Positions 38,589 to 48,133 of a stretch of 64,000 nucleotides of DNA are shown in pieces. The position numbers and the translations under genes are program-made. The DNA is from a virus (Duplodnaviria; Heunggongvirae; Uroviricota; Caudoviricetes), in the IMG/VR virus record IMGVR_UViG_3300034102_002845. One strand, 5' to 3'. Each line of letters begins with the position of its first letter. The stretch's first letter is position 1. The notes under the pieces were generated by a model. The model was not told the DNA's origin. It searched no databases and was given only the letters and a program-made list of their open reading frames with translations.

Positions 38589-38878
38589 TGAAACCCGAAA
38601 ACCCGTACGTTCGCGCTGTAGTTGGCCTTGTGTTCTTTACTGCGGCACTCGGACTAGTAATTCAAGTGGTGGCGGCAATTGACGTGGCCATCCGTAGAGC
38701 CGATGAGCATGCCGCCAAGACTGAGAGAGAAGAAGAGAAAGTCCTAGCTGAAAAGTGCAAGTTACTGAGCAATTCGGCTCGTGCCTCCGTGTACATAACC
38801 CAAGAGCCCTTGAGCCTCTACATTTGCAGCGACCAGGGTGTCTCAACTTACTTTGTGACACGTAGGCTGTTCCCCTAG
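38589..38878 (+). CDS. hypothetical membrane protein
   Basis: TM helix AVVGLVFFTAALGLVIQVVAAI. First ATG after a cluster of cassette-like hairpins at 38388-38530. Confidence 0.3.
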
Positions 38879-38956
38879 GTTTGCTCAGTTGGGCAAAGCC
38901 CCGCACCTTATACCTGCGCGACTCTTTCCAAACAAACTACCCCTTTGAACGAAACA

Positions 38957-39493
38957 ATGACCACAACACTGACGCCAGCTGAAGCCACTCGGGTTGCTCA
39001 CCGGATGTGCACATCACAAGGGCTCCCTCCGCTCCCGCATATCCCGGCGAATTTCCTACTCGCCCTTGACGCCTTAGAGGAGTGCACGTACAGAAACGTA
39101 GAAGACTTGGGAGGGTTGACACCCGAACAACAGGAAGCCAATCTCCTCCATGTCGCACTATGGATTGTTGAGCGCGACCGGAAAAACCTCCACATGGAGA
39201 GGTGGCACAAGCTCTGGTTTGACACTGACAGAACAACTTACGAAGATTGGTCCTTCTGGAAGGAACCATCGAACGAAGCAGGTTTTCACACGTGCGGGAC
39301 CACTCACTGTCTGGCGGGCTTCGCGCAGGTTATGGGAGGGGTTGGTGCTTTTACTCTCACACCTAAAGAAGCGGGAGAGGTGCTTCTCGGATCGAATGCA
39401 GCAGGCCACTTCTTCGACACTGACGAACAAGCACTTGTTTTCCTGGAACAAGTTATTGAACGTAATTCCCATTCAGTACACCCCACTGAGTAG
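38957..39493 (+). CDS. paralog-family protein, copy 3
   Basis: LPPLPHIPANFLLALDAL...LTPEQQEANLLHVALWIVERD...CGTTHCLAGFAQVMGG...LLGSNAAGHFFDTDEQALVFLEQVIERN. Confidence 0.5.
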   Translation: MTTTLTPAEATRVAHRMCTSQGLPPLPHIPANFLLALDALEECTYRNVEDLGGLTPEQQEANLLHVALWIVERDRKNLHMERWHKLWFDTDRTTYEDWSFWKEPSNEAGFHTCGTTHCLAGFAQVMGGVGAFTLTPKEAGEVLLGSNAAGHFFDTDEQALVFLEQVIERNSHSVHPTE

Positions 39494-40328
39494 TATGAAA
39501 ATCACGTATAACGCACCGTCGAAAGTTGAACGCACCGTCGAACTTAACGAGTCCGATTTCCCGCCCCTTTATGGCGCAATCCGAGACTGTTTCCTGCAGA
39601 GACTTAAATCTTTCGGCTTGTCCAACCCGTTCTTCCCCTTTGAGTACGAAGCAATCGAGTTCTGTCGCACGGCGGGAGTTGATACGACTAATCGCATAGA
39701 CGTGGTCGAATTCTTTGAGACGCTTCTTTTGAGGGGAACCCCGGAAGTTTCAAACATTTCGGAGGAAGATGAAAACGGCAATCACTAGCTTAAGGGTGGC
39801 CGAGAAGGTTTCGGTGCAGTCAGGGGACTTTCCCGACATCCCCTATCTTATTGTCAACCTAACATGGAAAGTATCCCCCAACAGCACGCACTTTCAGTGG
39901 TTTCTCGACGATACGAAAGATATCGTGCAGCAGTTAAGCGTCGTAAATCCTGAAAAATGGGACGACCCGTTCTCACTATTCGAAATAGAATTTGAAAAAG
40001 TTTGGATTCCGCACGGAGATAGGTGGAAGTACATTCCAAAGTTCAACACTTTCTGGTACAAGGATTACGTTTCAGACTGCCCGGTTGTTAGGTCCACCTT
40101 AAAAGAGCTCGAACACTTTCAGCAGAGAGAAAAGTTTTCGTCGGAGTACCGGTTTTTCGATGAGAGTATTTTGTACAAGCATCTCTCGGTCTTGTGCACC
40201 TTTACGGACTGATCCGGGTAAATTACACTGTACAGACCTTTCGCAGAGCAACGTTGGAACAAACGAATAAAGAGCCAGAGTGTTGCCGCAGAAGTTTCGG
40301 CGCATCCTTGATTGACACAGCTAAACGA

Positions 40329-40550
40329 ATGCTGGACGATCCGTCGTTTGCCCCTCGCCAAGTGGCAAAGGACCGACTCGCACTTTGTGAGAGCAACGTG
40401 TGCGGCTCCTTCAATGAAAAAAGCTCAACCTGTGACGTGTGCGGATGCTTTCTTCCCGCTAAGACAACCATGGCAAACATGCGGTGCCCGCGAGACTACT
40501 GGGTTGAGTGGGTGAGAGGGGAGTCCAATGACGCGGGAGAGGGGGCTTAA
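40329..40550 (+). CDS. Cys-rich small protein (putative zinc ribbon)
   Basis: CESNVCGSFNEKSSTCDVCGCFLPAKTTMANMRCP shows a C-x4-C ... C-x2-C-x-C ... C pattern. Confidence 0.3.
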   Translation: MLDDPSFAPRQVAKDRLALCESNVCGSFNEKSSTCDVCGCFLPAKTTMANMRCPRDYWVEWVRGESNDAGEGA

Positions 40551-40602
40551 GTCAGGGGTGCCTTGCAGATAAGGTTTACTACCCCCTGTGGGACGCTATT
40601 CT

Positions 40603-40674
40603 AGTCATGAAAGCCCTGGTAGCTCAGTGGAAGAGCACTGTCCTTCTAAGACACCGGTCGTGGGTTCGAATCCC
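40603..40674 (+). tRNA. tRNA-Arg (anticodon TCT)
   Basis: Acceptor GCCCTGG/TCAGGGC, D-arm GCTC-AGTGGAA-GAGC, anticodon loop CTTCTAA (U33, TCT, A37), T-arm with GGTTCGAATCC, discriminator G. Folded manually. Confidence 0.75.
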
Positions 40675-40933
40675 TCTCAGGGCGTCGGCTGCCTTTGCAG
40701 CCACACTAAACAACAACAATACAAAATGGCAAATCTTTCAATAGTTGATCGTGCCGCACGAATTAGCAACAAAAGCCCCAGGGGAGCAAAGCTCCTTCTG
40801 AAGCTTAGCGAGGCGAGCACCAGCACTGAAGTTCAAAGTGCTCTTGACGAATTTGACTTGGCGTTCGGAGTTCAAACTCCCTCTGTCTGAGCTTTACCTT
40901 GGGTTCCACCCCACACGGTGGTTCCCCCTTCAT

Positions 40934-41022
40934 GGGCGCGTGGTGTACGGTGCACAGGGACCATTATAAAGTCCTCTCCGGCAGATTACCGGCTAGTTAG
41001 GGTTCGACTCCCTACGCGCCTA
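40934..41022 (+). tRNA. type II (long variable arm) tRNA with atypical 9-nt anticodon loop; identity unresolved
   Basis: Acceptor GGGCGCG/CGCGCCT (G-U), D-arm GTGT-ACGGT-GCAC, anticodon stem GGGAC/GTCCT enclosing CAUUAUAAA, variable hairpin CCGG-cagatta-CCGG, T-arm TAGGG-TTCGACT-CCCTA. Confidence 0.55.
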
Positions 41023-41112
41023 CTTAGTTTCAACTAGCCGAAAACTCGTTAAAGAACCCACACAAAGGCCATCTTCGGTGAACGACACAGGAGTGGCCCA
41101 CCACGGTGACAA

Positions 41113-41197
41113 GGAAGAGTGGCTGAGCGGCCGAAAGCAGCAGCTTCGAACACTGTAGAGGGTTAAACCTCCGGGGGTTCAAATCCCCCCTCTTCCG
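41113..41197 (+). tRNA. tRNA-Ser (anticodon CGA), type II
   Basis: Acceptor GGAAGAG/CTCTTCC, 3-bp D-stem with 11-nt loop (Ser-like), anticodon loop TTCGAAC (U33, CGA, A37), variable hairpin GAGG-gttaaa-CCTC, T-arm GGGGG-TTCAAAT-CCCCC, discriminator G. Confidence 0.75.
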
Positions 41198-41683
41198 TTT
41201 ACGGTTTCCCCTTTGAACACATAGAGGTTCAACGGCGCTAAAGAAACCGTTATACACATGCAAAATGACAATTAAAGACAAACCAGAATTCGTGAATGAA
41301 GTAATTTCACGGGTGATTAACAACGCACCAATAAGCGAAGTTATCCGCGTATACTCCCTCTCCGTGAAAGCGGCAATTGACGAGCTTGACGACGACGGCT
41401 TCTTTCAGGCCGTGCTTAACGCAGGGTACACTGACCTAATTGAAAAGTACGCTGACTTAGACGACCTTGACGAATTTGTTGAGGGTTTCCCGGGTAGTGG
41501 GGGTTGTGGGGGAAGTGTGGTCTACGAGAACACAGGAAGGTCGGAAGTTCAAAGTGCTCTTGACGAGCTTAACCTTGACGTTGGTCTTTGACGAACCGAC
41601 GTTCGCACTAGCGACACTGGATACTAGGGCCAAAGGAAGAAGAGTCTCAGATTCTGCGGACTATGCTTAAAACCCTATGAAAA

Positions 41684-41727
41684 GGGCGGTTTCCACCCTT
41701 GCCTTCCCGAGTCAAAGGGGTTATAAT
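41684..41727 (+). promoter_or_regulatory. hairpin plus promoter cassette
   Basis: -35 ttgcct 41699-41704; 17-bp spacer; -10 tataat 41722-41727; ATG 41758. Confidence 0.55.
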
Positions 41728-41757
41728 GGGTGTGTAAGCGAGCTTAGTTCTCCAAGT

Positions 41758-42306
41758 ATGAAGCGTGCCATCAAAATTGACGGCAAGGTTACCGTCCCTA
41801 ACTTCACTATTGAGAAACTCCTACGATCGGTGTCAGAAGCTGCGGCGGGTACCCGAAGGTCTGACCCACGGTTGTGGACTCTGGGGGATGTTGGAACTAG
41901 GTCAGTTCCAGACTGGCTTCGCGCCACTTTGCCCGAGGCTCTTACGCTTCTGAACCTTACGGGCCAGCAATACAGGTTTCCCGACCCGTCTGACAATATG
42001 CGCCGCGAGGGCGCCACGGTTGTATACGGGAAAGGGTCCGTAGGCTCGCACGAAGACTACCAGATGACAGGCTTGTCTCTGCTGGTTTATCTCGGGGGGC
42101 ACACGCCTGACGACGAGGCTCCCTACGGCAGCCAGCTCATATCTGAAGGCGAATTTTACGCTGGCGGAAAAATGACATTGATGAGGCCGGGGGACGCGCT
42201 AGTTTTTGACGATAGGGAAACGCACTCTTGGATGGCCAACGGCTGCTGGTTCTTTCTCGTTAGCCCCCTCAACAAGATTGAATATGCCAAAGCTTCTCCC
42301 GCTTAA
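41758..42306 (+). CDS. 2OG-Fe(II) oxygenase/cupin-like protein
   Basis: HxD...H arrangement: GSHEDYQ ... GGKMTLMRPGDALVFDDRETHSW. ATG 31 nt after the cassette -10 box. Confidence 0.4.
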   Translation: MKRAIKIDGKVTVPNFTIEKLLRSVSEAAAGTRRSDPRLWTLGDVGTRSVPDWLRATLPEALTLLNLTGQQYRFPDPSDNMRREGATVVYGKGSVGSHEDYQMTGLSLLVYLGGHTPDDEAPYGSQLISEGEFYAGGKMTLMRPGDALVFDDRETHSWMANGCWFFLVSPLNKIEYAKASPA

Positions 42307-42511
42307 TTCCTTCGTCGAACAAGTTGCACAACATTCCTTTAACAACTGGGATGGTGGCGGAGACGGCAGAATTGGGGACTTATTTTGGCCTGCGATTATC
42401 TACGGTGTGCCTGAAGTTGATTTAGAAAGGAAGGTTAGGGCAAAGTTTCAGGACATAAAAGCTGAGTTTAACGAAAGATTCATCTTCAACTAACCAACCG
42501 ACAAGTGAAAG

Positions 42512-43108
42512 GTGCCGAAAAGTATTCTCTGCCAAATTGACCCCCGAGGGCGCCTACAAAAACCTGAAACACTTCAGGAGTACGGAAAGCTTCGGGACTA
42601 CATGATTCAAAGGCCCTGGGAGTCGCTCAGTGACGGGGTCTTCCTTGAGCTAGTTACCGAGAAAGGTTGCACCTTTTACGGTTGCCTGTTCAAAGGACTC
42701 GACCTCATGGAACTTCAGTATCAGCGTTTGTGCTGGCATACGCAAACTCTCATTGGAGTGGACTTTGACAAGTGCGAAGTTCATCCCGAGAAAATGGTCA
42801 AGCTTTACACTGAGCTAGGCTACAAGCCTTGGCTCGCTTACCGAACGTTTTCTGACGGTCAACACCCTGGAAAGAGCTCATATCGACTCCTGTGGAAAGT
42901 TGATGTGAATCTAAATGTTTCCTACGAAACGACCCATGTCTTTATCAAAGCCCTTGCCGCGTTAGCTGGAAAGGGGGTGGCGGACAAACATAGCATGGAC
43001 CCTAGCCGAATGTGGCAAGGTTCTCGAAAGGGATACGTGCACTACGACCCTGACGCCCCTTTGCTCGACCTGACGGGACAACCGGACCCTAAAACACCTG
43101 ACACTTAG
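42512..43108 (+). CDS. hypothetical protein
   Basis: 198-aa ORF, no recognisable motif. Confidence 0.35.
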   Translation: MPKSILCQIDPRGRLQKPETLQEYGKLRDYMIQRPWESLSDGVFLELVTEKGCTFYGCLFKGLDLMELQYQRLCWHTQTLIGVDFDKCEVHPEKMVKLYTELGYKPWLAYRTFSDGQHPGKSSYRLLWKVDVNLNVSYETTHVFIKALAALAGKGVADKHSMDPSRMWQGSRKGYVHYDPDAPLLDLTGQPDPKTPDT

Positions 43109-43117
43109 AAAACATCT

Positions 43118-43621
43118 GTGAAAACCGCTGTAACGTTCGGGAGGTTTAACATAGGCCACCCCGGCCATGTTGAGCTAGTTAAAAAGTTGCTCACCCTTGG
43201 TTCGACCGCTAAAGTTTATGTGTCCTTAGGGAGACAGAACAACGACTGGGACCTTCGAGTTTTACTTCTGCGGACGCTGTGCCGCCAAGCGAGCATTGAC
43301 CTGAGTAGGGTATCATTTCTAAAGGCCATCGATCCCTATGCGGGGTTGTCAGATGTTCTAAAAAGCAGGAAGCCAAGCGAAGTGGTTCTCGTTCTGGGGT
43401 CCGACCAAGCTTCACTCGGATTGCAGCTTTCGCACACCTTCGGAGTCTCTTTTCATGAGAACGAACGAAGTGGTTCGAGCACGGCGCTGAGAAAGGTTTT
43501 AGACCAAGGCAAAAACCCTGCACCTTTTCAGGGGAATAGGTACGCTTTAAAACTTGCAACACTCTTGAGAAACAATGAAAAGTTCCGAAAAGCTCAAAGA
43601 AAAGTTAAGGCGTCTGCTTAA
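43118..43621 (+). CDS. cytidylyltransferase-family nucleotidyltransferase (NMN/NaMN adenylyltransferase-like)
   Basis: N-terminal FGRFNIGHPGHVELV is the (H/T)xGH nucleotidyltransferase motif at the expected position. Confidence 0.45.
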   Translation: MKTAVTFGRFNIGHPGHVELVKKLLTLGSTAKVYVSLGRQNNDWDLRVLLLRTLCRQASIDLSRVSFLKAIDPYAGLSDVLKSRKPSEVVLVLGSDQASLGLQLSHTFGVSFHENERSGSSTALRKVLDQGKNPAPFQGNRYALKLATLLRNNEKFRKAQRKVKASA

Positions 43622-43822
43622 GGGCTGCCCTGGCGTCAAAGTGGGTGCGTCATGGCCCTGGAACGACCTGGAGTTTAGAGAGATTGCCTGGGTGGTTCAA
43701 GACTATGTGAACAACAGTGGGGACGTTGTGAATGAGGACCCTCTTCATGAGTGGGTTGAAGAGTATAACTTTTTCCGGTCTGAGACCAAAAGCTAAAGTT
43801 GGCCGGTAAACCGCTTGTCCTT

Positions 43823-43865
43823 GGGCGGTTTCCCGCCTTGCCCTGACGAGGAATAACGGTATAAT
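43823..43865 (+). promoter_or_regulatory. hairpin plus promoter cassette (upstream of the Pnk-like kinase)
   Basis: GGGCGGtttCCCGCC; -35 ttgccc 43838-43843; -10 tataat 43860-43865; ATG 43872. Confidence 0.55.
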
Positions 43866-43871
43866 ATAAAT

Positions 43872-44333
43872 ATGGAAAACAACCTCGAAGCATACGTGAT
43901 GGTCGGTGCCCCCGGCTCCGGTAAGTCAACCCATGTATCCAAACTACTGGCTTTACACCCAGATGCCGTTGTAATTTCCGGCGATGAAATCCGCGCTGAG
44001 CTCTACGGGAACGCGGACATTCAAGGAAATTACGTAGAAATCCACGACCGCATGCTTGAGATTCTGGAGGAGAGTGTAGGTCGGACTATAGTTATGGATG
44101 GTACCCACTACAAGGCAGCTTACCGCAAGGAAGCAGTTGCTATGCTAAACTCGTACGGTTACTGCAAAATCACCGCTGTTGTCCTTGACAAGCCCCTCAC
44201 CGTTTGCCTGCGCCAGAATGCTTCTCGCGAGCGTAGGGTTCCGGAAGAAGTGATTGAGCGCATGCACGCCTCCTTACAAGCTTCCCTCAAGAATATCAAC
44301 GAACCCTTCCACCGTATTGACTTCATATACTGA
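43872..44333 (+). CDS. polynucleotide 5'-kinase (T4 Pnk kinase-domain-like P-loop kinase)
   Basis: MVGAPGSGKSTHVSKL (Walker A), ISGDEIR, MDGTHY, RQNASRERRVPEEVIERM parallels T4 Pnk IGCPGSGKST...NRDDYR...DTNL...RNSKRGTKAVPIDVLRSM. ATG 7 nt after the cassette. Confidence 0.6.
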   Translation: MENNLEAYVMVGAPGSGKSTHVSKLLALHPDAVVISGDEIRAELYGNADIQGNYVEIHDRMLEILEESVGRTIVMDGTHYKAAYRKEAVAMLNSYGYCKITAVVLDKPLTVCLRQNASRERRVPEEVIERMHASLQASLKNINEPFHRIDFIY

Positions 44334-44337
44334 CAAG

Positions 44338-45045
44338 ATGATAACTTACGACAACAAAATACAGCCGGGGGACGTAGTTGCTCTGGGGGACATTCACGCG
44401 ACCTGGACTCTTTTCGAACAATTTCTAAATTGGGTGAAAGGGTCTCAAGCCACCGTCATACTTTTAGGTGACATGATTGATCGTGGTAGGGGCGACCTGA
44501 AAGTTTTGGAGTATACGAAAAAGCTCCTCGACGATCCGGAAAGTTGGGGGCTTCAAGCCTTTTATGCCCTGATGGGGAACCACGAGAGGATGTTTCTTGA
44601 CGCCCTTGACGACCCAAGTAGTTACGTTCTGTGGATTCGAAACGGGGGAAACTATGACCAAGTGGGTGACATGGAGAGGGAACATAAGGAGTGGATTCGA
44701 AATCTACCCTTGTATATGACAATTGGAGATACCCTTTTCATTCACGCAGGGGTGTACCCTGGTCACGACCCTGCAAAGCTCATTGTCGATGGAAGAGGCG
44801 AGGCACTCCTGTGGATTCGACAACCTTTTCTAAAATACGGGCCGGAGTTCGAAGGGTGGAACCCACGGCTGAAGAAAGTCGTTCATGGTCACACACCAAC
44901 CAACTTCGAGGAACCACCTCAGGACCACCGTCCCGTTGTGAAGGGACAACGCGTAAATATAGATACGGGTGCGTTTATTAAGACGAAGGGTCGCCTAACC
45001 GCTTACAACGTCACTCAAAATACTTTTCACCAGTTCTCACGGTAA
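44338..45045 (+). CDS. PPP-family (lambda phosphatase-like) metallophosphoesterase
   Basis: VVALGDIHATW, ILLGDMIDRG, LMGNHE, VVHGHTP form the binuclear metallophosphatase motif set. Starts 5 nt after the kinase stop. Confidence 0.7.
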   Translation: MITYDNKIQPGDVVALGDIHATWTLFEQFLNWVKGSQATVILLGDMIDRGRGDLKVLEYTKKLLDDPESWGLQAFYALMGNHERMFLDALDDPSSYVLWIRNGGNYDQVGDMEREHKEWIRNLPLYMTIGDTLFIHAGVYPGHDPAKLIVDGRGEALLWIRQPFLKYGPEFEGWNPRLKKVVHGHTPTNFEEPPQDHRPVVKGQRVNIDTGAFIKTKGRLTAYNVTQNTFHQFSR

Positions 45046-45105
45046 CCTTACAAGGACTAGTATAGAGCCAAGTTCCGACACTAAAACCACACCAGAACCT
45101 AAACA

Positions 45106-45990
45106 ATGAAACTGCTTCTCGTAGACACATCCGCGCTATTCTTTCGCTCTCGCTCAGCTCTCTGTCGAGCTATGGGTGAAATGGTTACGAGCTATGGAGC
45201 ACCGGTAACTGGGACTTATGGGTTTTGCAACGCCTTATTCGCCGTAATGGCTCAGTACGAGTACGATTGCGTAGTTCCTTGTACCGATAAGGGTGGGAAC
45301 TTTCGCAAGAAAGAATCTGGTACTTATAAGGCGAACCGAGAAAAAGCCAGCGTTGAGCACTACTCCGACCTTTCCCTCCTGGTTGAAGACGTCCTTCCAG
45401 CTCTTGGCTTTTCGCCAGTGGGTGCCCAGGGTTTTGAGGCGGACGATGTTGTAGCCCATATTTCTCGTAACTCTCCCGGGTATAGTGAAGTTCACATTTT
45501 GACTTGCGACAAGGACTTGCTTCAGCTTGTCAACGACAGGGTAAAGGTGCTGCTTTTCAACTCAGCTAAGAAGATGGAGCTGGTTGACATTGAGGGTGTT
45601 AAAGGGCACTTCGGTGTTCCCCCCTCAGACGTCAAGTTCTTCAAGGCTTTGTCTGGGGACTCCTCAGATAACATATCAGGTGTCTCCGGCGTTGGCCCTA
45701 AGACCGCTGTGAAGATAATCCAAGAGTGCCACACCAGCGGTACAAACTCAGAGTTGTCCCTTGCTGATCGTATAGCATTTCACCCTAAGGTTATTCCCGC
45801 TGCGTCCACATTCTTTAGTAACCTTCGCTTGGTCACTCTTGAGAACGACGTCCCCGACATGTCGTGGTACGCATCTTCACCGCCGTCTGAACAGAGTGTA
45901 GAAGCACTCTTTGAGGGTTTAGAGTTCAAGTCGTACTTGAAGCCAGCACGGTTGAGCAAGATTCTGAAAACACTCAAGGTTGTTTCGTAG
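45106..45990 (+). CDS. 5'-3' exonuclease / flap endonuclease (T4 RNase H / Pol I 5'-exo family)
   Basis: MKLLLVDTSALFFRS, GFEADDVVAHI, helix-hairpin-helix region GVSGVGPKTAVKII. Confidence 0.8.
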   Translation: MKLLLVDTSALFFRSRSALCRAMGEMVTSYGAPVTGTYGFCNALFAVMAQYEYDCVVPCTDKGGNFRKKESGTYKANREKASVEHYSDLSLLVEDVLPALGFSPVGAQGFEADDVVAHISRNSPGYSEVHILTCDKDLLQLVNDRVKVLLFNSAKKMELVDIEGVKGHFGVPPSDVKFFKALSGDSSDNISGVSGVGPKTAVKIIQECHTSGTNSELSLADRIAFHPKVIPAASTFFSNLRLVTLENDVPDMSWYASSPPSEQSVEALFEGLEFKSYLKPARLSKILKTLKVVS

Positions 45991-46021
45991 GACGAATAAC
46001 TACCGATCACACCTTCGGACC

Positions 46022-46267
46022 ATGAAATACCCACGTGTCCGCCCCAGACTCACTTACATCCGCATCCTTGGAAATATTGCGTTGGTAGTTGGACAATTTG
46101 TTTTGCTTTTCTTGGACCGCAAGGTGGGCCTATTAATTCTGATTACAGGAAGCATTCTGAGCCTTCCCTTCTTTGTAAAGAAAAAGCAGTGGGATGTGGT
46201 AGCTGTCATCGTAGTTGGAATAACCCTGAACGTCTTTGGGCTAATACACAGTCCAGTCCCTAACTAG
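46022..46267 (+). CDS. small membrane protein
   Basis: Two to three hydrophobic helices (ILGNIALVVGQFVLLFL ; LLILITGSILSLPFF ; VVAVIVVGITLNVFGLI). Confidence 0.35.
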   Translation: MKYPRVRPRLTYIRILGNIALVVGQFVLLFLDRKVGLLILITGSILSLPFFVKKKQWDVVAVIVVGITLNVFGLIHSPVPN

Positions 46268-46282
46268 TCCTTGCGGGTGAGT

Positions 46283-46350
46283 GGGCGGTTAGACCCCCCT
46301 TCATGGGGCGGTTTCCACCCTTTGTTTCTGCCTCGCAGAAACGGTATAGT
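46283..46350 (+). promoter_or_regulatory. double-hairpin plus promoter cassette
   Basis: -35 ttgttt 46322-46327; spacer ctgcctcgcagaaacgg; -10 tatagt 46345-46350. Confidence 0.5.
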
Positions 46351-47731
46351 AAATGTATGGAAAACGACTCAGTCCGCTCCAAACTTGGACCCCGCCAAAA
46401 GGGTCGGAAACGAAAGGGCAGGACCAAGCCCCAAGCTCTTCGCCAAGCGAGAGCTCGCCGCGCCTGCCTCCTTCAAAAGTTGACTCCTCAGTCCCACCCG
46501 CAAGCAAAGCAATGACCTGCACCCCTGCCACTGAGAAGAGTGAAACTAATGCTTCTGCCCTTGCGTCTGAGTACAACGGGGTTTGGGCGTCTGTTCACGA
46601 TGCCCGAAAGAAACTTGCCCAAGTGAACTGCCCCTCTCGCGGTACTAGGGATGAGGAAGCATGGGAGTTATTCTGCGAGGAACGGGAAGCGGCTCTTGAA
46701 AAGCTCAGGCAAGTAGAGGACTACCTCATGGACTTGGCTTTCCAGTACTCCTGCGAAGCTTCTCGCAACCTTTCTGTGTAGCATGTGTAGGACATGGAAA
46801 ACAGCAACTTAAGCAAAATTAAGCCGAAACTGCGAACGAACGGCAGAGTCTCGGGGAACTTCGGAAGGAACAAAATCCAAGGTAAACTAGGAACCCTGGA
46901 CCTCAGCTCTGAGGTACTGAACAAGGAAAACCTGCAGATCCCGAACCGGGCCGCAGTTTACGAGCGACTCGAACAAGCCTATAATACCACCACGGACCCT
47001 AAACTTAGGGCCACCCTGGCTGAAATGCTTAGAAAGCGAAGAGCTACGGTCCGAGTCAGAGATGTGACGAAAACCAGCAAACCACGATCGGACTACTGGG
47101 AGGAGGTCAACCGTGTACGATAAACCTGCCCCGTACAAGTCACCCCTTCGAGTTGGGTTTAACTTCCCCTCGTTCGTAACCTACAAGTGCCCCACTACGG
47201 ATGTACTCGTGGGGAAAGTTTACAAAAATGCCGAAGGAAAGTGGTATCTTACCTCTTCGTACCTAAGGTGGCAACCAATCGAGGTTTTCACTAAGATAGG
47301 GGGCTTTCTCTTCCTAAACCAACTTCACAAGAGGCGACACCATACCCAATGAAACCAACAAACCCCACTCGAACACTCAACCATCTGAACCTTGTTAAGA
47401 AGGGTACCCAGAAGAGGGTGGCACTCTACAAGGCTCAGCTTGAAATGGCCAAAAAACCCCAATCATAACCTATGAGCCATACTTCCGCGATTACACAGGT
47501 CTTCACACAGTGTAAAGGTGAAGAAATTCACCGTTCGGTGAGTCTCCCCAACTCAGACTGGCTCGTTTTAGCTCAGTGTGCCGAAGCCTTTTCCTCCACC
47601 TTCAGGGCACAAGCGAGTCAGGTTATTGCAACTTATGTGACACGTGGACAGCTTGATTTGGCTGTGAGCGAGGCAGCGAAAATGAACATATTGCTTCAAA
47701 AACTAGACAGTATTTATATTGCCCTTGTGTC

Positions 47732-48133
47732 GTGACACCTAAAAATAACCCCTTAGTAGTGTTTGACATTGATATGACACTTACGAGTGAGTGGTATTAC
47801 GAAGATAATGTTGCAACGCTTCGAGCCAATTTGCCACTCGTTCAACTTGCAGTATCTCTAGCTGTATCCGGTATTACAATCCTTATATCCACTGCTCGCC
47901 CAAATCGTCTTCGAGCCGACTCAGAAAACTGGCTACAAAGTGTGGGTGTTAAGTTCGACGCCTTATACATGAGAGAGGACGGGGACGATCGCCCCGACCA
48001 CTACGTTAAGACCGAGCAAGCTCTCGCAATTATTGAAGATTTCGGACGCCCTTCGCTTTGGTACGACGACAACCAAGACAACTGTAAAGTTGTGAGAGAA
48101 CTTGGGATTCCTTGCGTTCAGGTTATGCAATGA
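47732..48133 (+). CDS. HAD-superfamily phosphatase-like protein
   Basis: VVFDIDMTLT is the DxDxT motif I; ISTARPN may be the motif II Thr/Ser; later Asp residues. Confidence 0.45.
   Translation: MTPKNNPLVVFDIDMTLTSEWYYEDNVATLRANLPLVQLAVSLAVSGITILISTARPNRLRADSENWLQSVGVKFDALYMREDGDDRPDHYVKTEQALAIIEDFGRPSLWYDDNQDNCKVVRELGIPCVQVMQ

Noticed and set aside
40934-41022. Assigning a specific identity (Leu-TAA, Ile-TAT or a suppressor) to the type II tRNA
   Set aside because: With a 9-nt loop the anticodon cannot be fixed by eye, and several registers give U33/purine-37. The identity is left open.
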